Below are positions 1 through 6,137 of a stretch of 18,332 nucleotides of DNA, piece by piece. The translations under genes and the position numbers were made by a program. This stretch comes from an uncultured bacterium (GTDB lineage: Bacteria; Gemmatimonadota; Gemmatimonadetes; Gemmatimonadales; Gemmatimonadaceae). Every line of letters begins with the position of its first letter. The first letter of the stretch is position 1. The notes under the pieces were generated by a model. The model was not told the origin of the DNA and did no database searches. It saw nothing but the letters and a program-made list of their open reading frames with translations. Location of the stretch: the NCBI GenBank assembly GCA_963978095.1, contig CAXBQP010000056.1, positions 1 through 18,332 of the forward strand. The letters are read 5' to 3'.

Positions 1-83
1 ACCCCGTCCTAGAGACGCGGCCGCAGGACGCCGCAGGCGTCCGAGAGCGTCTCGTAGACGGGGTCCAGCCACGACCGCCCGGG
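1..83 (+). repeat. Palindromic coding module, copy B1 (left end cut off by the window)
   Basis: 1-77 is identical to 1330-1406 (82/83 nt through 83/1412). The offset is 1329 nt = 443 codons, so both copies encode PVLETRPQDAAGVRERLVDGVQPRP. Confidence 0.95.
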
Positions 84-2216
84 AGCAAACCGCACGAGGG
101 AAAACACACGAACGACATCCTCGAACGCGCCGGGCTCGACCCGCACGACCGGCGGGTTCGCACGATCGCCGACATCGTGCTCGGACTGCACCAAGCGCCG
201 CGCCACCGTGGGATCCATGTCGGTGGGTTCGTCCTGACGCACGAACCGCTCAGCACCGTCGTCCCCATCGAGCCCGCCGCGATGGACGACCGCACCGTCA
301 TCCAGTGGGAGAAGGACGACCTCGACCCCGTCGGGCTCGTCAAGATCGACCTCCTGGGACTCGGCATGCTCACCGTGCTGCAGGACTGCCTCAAGTACAT
401 CCGCGCCGCGCGCGGCGTCTCGATCGATCTCGGCCAGCTCGACATGCAGGACCAGTCCGTGTACGACGACCTCTGTCGCGCCGATACGGTGGGGGTGTTC
501 CAGGTCGAGAGCCGCGCGCAGATGAACACGTTGCCGCGCCTGAAGCCGCGCTGCTTCTACGATCTCGTCGTCGAGGTCGCGCTCATCCGCCCCGGCCCCA
601 TCCAGGGCGAGATGGTGCATCCGTATCTCCGTCGCAAGAACGGTGAGGAGCAGGTCACCTACCCGCACCCGTCGCTCGAACCGATCCTGAAACGCACGCT
701 CGGCGTCCCCCTCTTCCAGGAGCAGGGGATGCAGGTCGCGATCGCCGCGGCGGGCTTCACCCCGGGCGAGGCCGACCTGCTCCGCAAAGCGATGGGGCAC
801 AAGCGCAGCCGCGAGCGCATGGCGTCCATCTGCGAGAAGATGATCCGCGGGATGGAGACGAACGGGATTCCGTCCGACATCGCGCAGCGGATCTACAACC
901 AGATCAACGCCTTTGCCGACTACGGATTCCCCGAGAGCCACGCGGCGAGCTTCGCACTCATCGTGTATGCAAGTGCTTACTTGCGGCACTACTACGCCGC
1001 CGAGTTCCTGTGCGCCATGCTCAACGCGCAGCCGATGGGGTTCTACTCGGCGGGGACGCTCATCGAGGATGCGCGGCGGCACGGCGTGCGGGTGCTGCCG
1101 GTGGATGTCACGCGGTCGGCGTGGGACCATACGCTCGAGTGTCCGGACGGGCGGGTGATCGTGCCGCACGACGGCGTGATCGCGGTGCATGAGTCCCCGG
1201 CTGCTCCTTCGGTCGAGGGCGAAACGCCTCTACGCGATGCTCTCGGACCGCTCCGCGGTCCTGCGGCCGCATCGCTAGGAGGCGTCTCACCCTCTCCCTC
1301 CAGCGGAGGGCGGGGGAGGTCGGGGCTGGACCCCGTCCTAGAGACGCGGCCGCAGGACGCCGCAGGCGTCCGAGAGCGTCTCGTAGACGGGGTCCAGCCA
1401 CGACCGACCGGGCACGAGCGTCTCGTAGACGGGGTCCAGTCACGACCGACCGGGCACGGCAACGCGAAGAAGAAGGAGAGCGCACCAGCGGTACGACTCG
1501 GACTCCGCAGCATCCGCGGACTCGGGAGCAAAGCGCGCAGCAAACTCGAAGCCGCGCTCGAACAGGGACCGTTCACGAGCATCCAGGACCTCGTGCAACG
1601 GAGCGGGCTCGATCAACGCGCACTGCGATTCGTCGCCGAGAGCGGCGCGCTCGATCCGTTCGTGCAGGAGGAGAATCCGCATCGGCGACGGCGCGTGGCG
1701 TTGTGGCGGGTGCTCGAGGCCGCGCGCGTGGACCCCAACGCGCTGCCGCTCTTCACCGAACGCCCCGCGCCCCCCGGACTCCCGCCTCTCTCCGCCCCCG
1801 CCATCACCGAAGCCGACTATCGCCTCACCGGACTCTCATTGAACGGGCATCCCATGACGCATGTGCGCCCGCTGCTCGCGCCGAACGGGATCCTCACCGC
1901 GCGTGAGCTCATGCGGCAGCAGGACGGCGCGCGCGTGGGGACGGCGGGGCTCGTCATCTGCCGGCAGCGCCCGGGAACGGCCAAGGGATTCGTCTTCCTG
2001 ACGCTCGAGGACGAGACCGGGATGATCAATGTCGTCATCACCCCACAACGCTTCGAACAACAAGCGCTGCTGATCTCGCGCACCCCGTTGCTGCTCGTGC
2101 GCGGCACCCTGCAGATCGCGCAGCGGGTCGTGAACCTGCGCGCTGAGGAGATCTTGGCGCTCGGGGATGGCGCGGGCGTGGGAGCGGATCATGTCCGGAG
2201 CCACGACTTCCGGTGA
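1..2216 (+). CDS. dnaE2: Error-prone DNA polymerase DnaE2 (ImuC), 5'-truncated by the window edge, with in-frame palindromic insertions
   Basis: Frame +3 is open from position 3 to TGA at 2214-2216, so the listed 177 start is internal. Pol III alpha motifs: PRHRGIHVGGFV, KIDLLGLGML, GVFQVESRAQ, VALIRPGPIQG, LFQEQ, FADYGFPESHA, LNAQPMGFYS, AVRLGL, and OB-fold RQRPGTAKGFVFLTLEDETG. The C-terminus SHDFR matches the S-[RH]-D-F-[RH] tail typical of DnaE2. Confidence 0.95.
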   Translation, partial: PVLETRPQDAAGVRERLVDGVQPRPPGSKPHEGKHTNDILERAGLDPHDRRVRTIADIVLGLHQAPRHRGIHVGGFVLTHEPLSTVVPIEPAAMDDRTVIQWEKDDLDPVGLVKIDLLGLGMLTVLQDCLKYIRAARGVSIDLGQLDMQDQSVYDDLCRADTVGVFQVESRAQMNTLPRLKPRCFYDLVVEVALIRPGPIQGEMVHPYLRRKNGEEQVTYPHPSLEPILKRTLGVPLFQEQGMQVAIAAAGFTPGEADLLRKAMGHKRSRERMASICEKMIRGMETNGIPSDIAQRIYNQINAFADYGFPESHAASFALIVYASAYLRHYYAAEFLCAMLNAQPMGFYSAGTLIEDARRHGVRVLPVDVTRSAWDHTLECPDGRVIVPHDGVIAVHESPAAPSVEGETPLRDALGPLRGPAAASLGGVSPSPSSGGRGRSGLDPVLETRPQDAAGVRERLVDGVQPRPTGHERLVDGVQSRPTGHGNAKKKESAPAVRLGLRSIRGLGSKARSKLEAALEQGPFTSIQDLVQRSGLDQRALRFVAESGALDPFVQEENPHRRRRVALWRVLEAARVDPNALPLFTERPAPPGLPPLSAPAITEADYRLTGLSLNGHPMTHVRPLLAPNGILTARELMRQQDGARVGTAGLVICRQRPGTAKGFVFLTLEDETGMINVVITPQRFEQQALLISRTPLLLVRGTLQIAQRVVNLRAEEILALGDGAGVGADHVRSHDFR
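1211..1298 (-). repeat. Palindromic module, copy A (inverted, stems diverged)
   Basis: Minus strand reads gggagagggtgagacgcctc-CTA-gcgatgc-GGCCGCA-ggaccgc-GGA-gcggtcc-GAGA-gcatcgc-GTA-gaggcgtttcgccctcgacc, with the same segment lengths and loops as copy B. Confidence 0.88.
1296..1310. repeat. Short hairpin between modules A and B2
   Basis: ccctcc-agc-ggaggg, a perfect 6-bp inverted repeat. Confidence 0.55.
1318..1405 (+). repeat. Palindromic module, copy B2 (complete)
   Basis: ggtcggggctggaccccgtc-CTA-gagacgc-GGCCGCA-ggacgcc-GCA-ggcgtcc-GAGA-gcgtctc-GTA-gacggggtccagccacgacc. The outer stem 1318-1337/1386-1405 pairs at 19 of 20 positions, and there are two perfect 7-bp inner stems. Confidence 0.93.
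1374..1457 (+). repeat. 42-bp tandem duplication of the 3' arm of module B2
   Basis: 1374-1415 and 1416-1457 differ at one base (1398 C, 1440 T) and encode ERLVDGVQPRPTGH and ERLVDGVQSRPTGH. Confidence 0.95.
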
Positions 2217-2327
2217 CACCCGCGTCCGACCGCCTGACGCCGGGCAGCACGCGCGGTCGAGGGTACCCCGAACCCGCATCATCGAGTAGCCTTAGGGGTA
2301 GCAGGTGTCACCCCTACCACGCTCTCC

Positions 2328-2795
2328 ATGCGCCGTTCCATCGCTCTGCTCGCCCTGTTCGCCGTTGCCGTGATTGCCGCCTGCGATCACAGCGTGGTCG
2401 CGCCCGTCACGGTGGCCAACACGACGTTCGTCCCGTCACTCGGGATCAACCTGGCGAACTACACGTCGACGGCCGACGGGCTGTACTACCGCGACATCAC
2501 CGTCGGCACGGGTGCGGTGGCGGATACCGGACTCAAGCTCTCGGTCCGCTACACGGGCTACCTGAAGAACGGCATCGCGTTCGACTCCAATACCACGGCG
2601 ACGTCCGCGTTGCAGTTCACCCTCGGGCACGGCGAAGTCGTCCAGGGTTGGGACCTCGGTGTCAAAGGCATGCGCGTCGGCGGTCGTCGCAGCCTGCTGA
2701 TCCCCCCCGCGCTGGGCTACGGACAAAACGGCCGGGGCTCGGTGCCCGGGAACGCCGTCATGGTGTTCACCGTGAATCTCGTCAGCATCCCCTAG
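2328..2795 (+). CDS. FKBP-type peptidyl-prolyl cis-trans isomerase, probable lipoprotein
   Basis: GLYYRDITVGTG, VRYTGYLKNGIAFDS, GEVVQGWDLGVKGMRVGGRRSLLIPPALGYG; N-terminal signal peptide ending in a lipobox-like IAAC. Confidence 0.93.
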   Translation: MRRSIALLALFAVAVIAACDHSVVAPVTVANTTFVPSLGINLANYTSTADGLYYRDITVGTGAVADTGLKLSVRYTGYLKNGIAFDSNTTATSALQFTLGHGEVVQGWDLGVKGMRVGGRRSLLIPPALGYGQNGRGSVPGNAVMVFTVNLVSIP

Positions 2796-2805
2796 GGCGT
2801 CGCGG

Positions 2806-3255
2806 TCACCGCTTCTTGGCGAGGATGGTCCCGCGGCAGGTCGCGGCCCCGCAGTGGCAGGGGAACCGCTTCTTGGCAGCCGGCGTGTGGCGTTCTTCCA
2901 GCACGTACGCGTAATCGTAGGCGAGCTCCTCGCCCGGCTCGATCTCGCGGATCGTCTCGATCCAGATGCGACCGTCCTCGATCACGGCATCGCAGTTGGG
3001 ATCGCAGGAGTGGTTGATCCACCGCGCATCGTTGCCGTTCACCGCCGCGTCGATCACGACATCGTCGTCGATCGCGAACAGAAAGGTGTGGTGGCGTGCC
3101 GCATGATCGTCAGGATAGCGGGCGTCGGCCTCGGCCGGCGTGAGCCGCTCCCCCGCGTACTCGATCAAGCGGACGCCCTCCGGGATCCCCGCCCGAGCGA
3201 AGGCCCCGAACCCCTGCATGGGGGAGGCTCTGATTTCCACGCAGCACCAGTACAT
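2806..3255 (-). CDS. SET-domain protein-lysine methyltransferase with post-SET zinc motif (start may be GTG at 3240)
   Basis: GFGAFA, IEYAGE, ARWINHSCDPNC, GEELAYDY, post-SET CHCGAATCRG. Confidence 0.92.
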   Translation of the reverse strand: MYWCCVEIRASPMQGFGAFARAGIPEGVRLIEYAGERLTPAEADARYPDDHAARHHTFLFAIDDDVVIDAAVNGNDARWINHSCDPNCDAVIEDGRIWIETIREIEPGEELAYDYAYVLEERHTPAAKKRFPCHCGAATCRGTILAKKR

Positions 3256-3260
3256 GGAGT

Positions 3261-3266
3261 TATGTT
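3261..3266 (+). promoter_or_regulatory. Candidate -10 box giving a leaderless desaturase mRNA
   Basis: TATGTT (TANNNT) ends 6 nt before ATG 3273; no well-spaced Shine-Dalgarno. Confidence 0.4.
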
Positions 3267-3272
3267 CTCCTC

Positions 3273-4292
3273 ATGACCACACCAACGCAAATCCCGCCCT
3301 CCGAGTGGAAGGGGGTCGTCGCCAAGTATCAGGGCGCTGACCCGGTGCGGAGCCTCTGGCAACTGGGTTCAACGCTCACGCTGCTCGTCCTGTCGCTCGG
3401 ACTCATGCACTGGGCGCTGGAGCGGAACGTGTGGTTGACCGTCGGACTCGCCCTCCCGACTGCCGGCCTGATCGTTCGCACCTTCATCATCATGCACGAC
3501 TGTGCCCACGGCTCCTTTCTGCCGTGGCCGACGGTGAACGACACCGTGGGATTCGTGACCGGTGTGATCACCCTGACGCCGTTCCATCAGTGGCGGCGCG
3601 ACCATGCGCTCCACCATGCCTCGTCCGGGGATCTGGATCGCCGCGGCTACGGTGACATCACGACGCTGACCGTCGAGGAGTACCAGGCACGCTCGGCGTG
3701 GGGGAAGTTCACGTACCGCCTGTTCCGGAGTCCGGTCGTCCTGCTCGGTCTTGGCCCGCTGCAGATGATCGTGTTGCAGCGACTCAAGTTCAAGTTCGAT
3801 CTGGCGACCGGCAGCCGGCAGTTCATCAACGTGTGGCTGACGAACATCGCGATCGCGTCGTTGGTCGCGCTCTTTGCGTTGACGGTGGGGTACAAGGCCG
3901 TCCTCCTCGTGTATCTGCCGGCGTACTACCTGGCCGCGGCGTCGGGGGTCTGGCTGTTCTACGTGCAGCACCAGTTCGAAGAGGCCTACTGGGCCGGGCA
4001 TGACGAGTGGGATTACGCCACGGCGGCGATCACCGGGAGTTCGTATCTGCGGCTCAACCCGGTCCTGCAGTGGTTCACGGGGAACATCGGCCTGCATCAT
4101 GTGCATCATCTCGGGCCGCGCATCCCGAACTACCGGCTGCAGAAGGTGCACAATGAAAATCCCGTCTTCAACCAGGCACACCAGATTACCCTGATCGACG
4201 GTGTGAAGGCGCTGCGGCTGGCGCTCTGGGACGAGCAGGCGCGGCGCATGATCCCGTTCCGGGCACTGCGACGCGAGCGCTCGACGCGCTGA
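3273..4292 (+). CDS. Membrane fatty acid desaturase (Bacillus Des-like)
   Basis: His boxes HDCAH, HALHH and HHVHH; WLFYVQHQFE; GNIGLHHVHHLGPRIPNYRL; several hydrophobic segments. Confidence 0.93.
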   Translation: MTTPTQIPPSEWKGVVAKYQGADPVRSLWQLGSTLTLLVLSLGLMHWALERNVWLTVGLALPTAGLIVRTFIIMHDCAHGSFLPWPTVNDTVGFVTGVITLTPFHQWRRDHALHHASSGDLDRRGYGDITTLTVEEYQARSAWGKFTYRLFRSPVVLLGLGPLQMIVLQRLKFKFDLATGSRQFINVWLTNIAIASLVALFALTVGYKAVLLVYLPAYYLAAASGVWLFYVQHQFEEAYWAGHDEWDYATAAITGSSYLRLNPVLQWFTGNIGLHHVHHLGPRIPNYRLQKVHNENPVFNQAHQITLIDGVKALRLALWDEQARRMIPFRALRRERSTR

Positions 4293-4387
4293 GCGACCGC
4301 GCGCGCTCGGAGTGGTAGGCGAGCCGTATGCGAGCCTATGCGAACACCTCTGCGTCACGTTGGATTCGCCACTTTCACGAGGACTCC

Positions 4388-5731
4388 ATGATCCGCCTCC
4401 CCCGCCACCTCGGCGTCATCGCGCTGCTCGGTCTCGCGGCCCATACCGCCGCCGCGCAGGACGACACCCCCACGATCGTCGCCAAAGCCCGCGCGATCCA
4501 CAACAGGGTCATCAAGATCGACACGCACGTGGACTTCTCCCCACGCGCGATGACCGACACCACGCCCAACTACGTGTCCGGGACCACGTCACAGGTGGAT
4601 CTCCCCAAGATGGAGAACGCCGGCCTCGACGCCGTCTTCTTCTCCATCTACGTCGGCCAGGCACAGGACTTCACGCCAGCCGGCTACAAGAAGGCGCTCG
4701 ACGGGGATCTCGAGAAGTTCGACGCGGTGCACCGGCTCGCCGAGAAACTCGCGCCGAACCGCATCGAGATCGCGTACACGGCTGCCGACGTGCGTCGCAT
4801 CATCAAGAGCGGCAAGAAGGTCGCGCTCATGGGCGTCGAGAACGGCTATGGGATCGGCGAAGACCTCACCAACGTCCGGAAGTTCTATGACCGCGGTGCC
4901 CGTTACCTCTCGCTCGCGCACAACGGGCACAACCAGCTCTCCGACAGCAACACCGGCGAAGCCGACGGCGTGTGGAAGTGGAACGGGCTCTCCCCGCTCG
5001 GCAAGCAGGTGGTGGCCGAGGCCAACCGGTACGGGATCATGCTGGACGTCTCGCATCCGTCCAAGCAGTCGAATCTGCAGCTGATGGCGCTCTCCAAGGC
5101 CCCGGTCATCGCCAGCCACTCCGGCGTGCGCGCCCTCTGCGACCACAGCCGCGACATGGACGACGACCTGCTCCTCGCCCTGAAGAAGAACGGCGGGGTG
5201 ATGCAGACGGTGGCCTTCGCCAGCTATGTGAAGTGCGACAAGCCAAGCGCCGAGCGCACGGCGGCCTTCGCGGCGTTGAACAAGGAGTACGGACTCCCTG
5301 AGGCTACCGGGCTCGCCGGCGGCGGTCGCGCGGGCGGTGGTGGCGGACGCGGTGGCGCCGGCGGTGGACGCGGTGGCCGTGGTGGCGGGCTCGCCGGGCT
5401 CGACTCGGCCAAGGCCGCGGCCTATCAGACCAAGACCGAGGAGATCAACCGCAAGTACCCCGCGCCGCGACGCGCGAATGTCGAGGACTTCGTCGACCAC
5501 ATCGACTATGCCGTGAAGCTCATCGGCATCGACCATGTCGGCATCAGCTCCGACTTCGACGGCGGTGGCGGCATCGACGGCTTCAACAATGCGCAAGAGT
5601 CGTTCAACGTGACGCTCGAACTCGTGCGTCGCGGTTACACCGAGGCGCAGATCGCCAAGATCTGGGGCGGCAACCTGCTGCGCGTGATGGCCGAGGTGGA
5701 GAAAACGGCAAAGCAGCTCCAGGGCAAGTAG
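4388..5731 (+). CDS. Secreted membrane dipeptidase (peptidase M19) with a Gly/Arg-rich insertion
   Basis: ATG 4388 follows GAGGA; signal peptide ending AAA-Q; IDTHVD, MGVENG, LDVSH, IASHSG, HIDYAV, VGISSDFDGG, KIWGGNLLRV. Confidence 0.92.
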   Translation: MIRLPRHLGVIALLGLAAHTAAAQDDTPTIVAKARAIHNRVIKIDTHVDFSPRAMTDTTPNYVSGTTSQVDLPKMENAGLDAVFFSIYVGQAQDFTPAGYKKALDGDLEKFDAVHRLAEKLAPNRIEIAYTAADVRRIIKSGKKVALMGVENGYGIGEDLTNVRKFYDRGARYLSLAHNGHNQLSDSNTGEADGVWKWNGLSPLGKQVVAEANRYGIMLDVSHPSKQSNLQLMALSKAPVIASHSGVRALCDHSRDMDDDLLLALKKNGGVMQTVAFASYVKCDKPSAERTAAFAALNKEYGLPEATGLAGGGRAGGGGGRGGAGGGRGGRGGGLAGLDSAKAAAYQTKTEEINRKYPAPRRANVEDFVDHIDYAVKLIGIDHVGISSDFDGGGGIDGFNNAQESFNVTLELVRRGYTEAQIAKIWGGNLLRVMAEVEKTAKQLQGK

Positions 5732-5773
5732 CCCCGGAGCTGCTTCAGCGGAACGAGAGTCCCGGTGTGCGGC

Positions 5774-5971
5774 CTACGCCGCAGGCCGGGGCTTCTTGGT
5801 CTTGCCGCGGCGACGAGCGGCCGCTGACTTGATGGCCTTCGCCTCGCTCGGCTTCGTGTAGTGCCGGCGCTTGCGCAGCTCCTTCAGAAGACCAGACTTC
5901 ATGACCTTCTTCTTGAAGGTCTTGAGCGCCCAGTCGAGCTTGTCGCCCTCATCGAGCTTGACTTCGATCAT
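5774..5971 (-). CDS. rpsU: 30S ribosomal protein bS21
   Basis: 65 aa basic protein MIEVKLDEGDKLDWALKTFKKKVMKSGLLKELRKRRHYTKPSEAKAIKSAAARRR, matching the bS21 pattern (AL+xFK+ ... E+R.R.hY.KPS). The listed 151-aa ORF is over-extended at its 5' end. Confidence 0.9.
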   Translation of the reverse strand: MIEVKLDEGDKLDWALKTFKKKVMKSGLLKELRKRRHYTKPSEAKAIKSAAARRRGKTKKPRPAA

Positions 5972-6091
5972 CCGAACCGCCGTCCTTGGGAATAGAGAGT
6001 GGCACCCCCGGATCGTGCGCTGCGGCCGCAGGAACGGGACGGGGGTCCGGGCGGCTCCTTCTCCGCCCAGCCCCGAAAGGTCGCCGGGAAG

Positions 6092-6114
6092 CCCTCCGAA
6101 GTCAACTCGGAGGG
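6092..6114. promoter_or_regulatory. 8-bp perfect inverted repeat in the divergent rpsU/helicase intergenic region
   Basis: ccctccga-agtcaac-tcggaggg, overlapping the expected -35 position of the helicase promoter. Confidence 0.4.
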
Positions 6115-6124
6115 GGAAACGGGT

Positions 6125-6130
6125 TAGATT
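6125..6130 (+). promoter_or_regulatory. Candidate -10 box giving a leaderless helicase mRNA
   Basis: TAGATT ends 7 nt before ATG 6138; no Shine-Dalgarno between them. Confidence 0.45.
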
Positions 6131-6137
6131 CCGATCC

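Noticed and set aside
1211..1405. Known small self-cleaving ribozyme (hammerhead, twister, pistol, HDV-like)
   Set aside because: No CUGANGA/GAAA core or recognisable pseudoknot pattern by eye, and the modules lie on opposite strands. A cmscan search is still needed to exclude this formally.
1330..1457. CRISPR array
   Set aside because: The repeats are adjacent with no unique spacers, lie in frame in a CDS, and no cas genes are present.
1140..1487. Intein in DnaE2 (the insert starts with Cys, CPDGRVIVPHDG, loosely like block A)
   Set aside because: There is no TxxH block B and no terminal HN followed by C/S/T (it reads HGNA). The stretch is explained by DNA palindromes.
4321..4355. Group II intron domain V look-alike (GAGCCGTATGCG)
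   Set aside because: The complementary 3' arm (CGCACGTACGGTTC-like) is absent and there is no intron or RT context.
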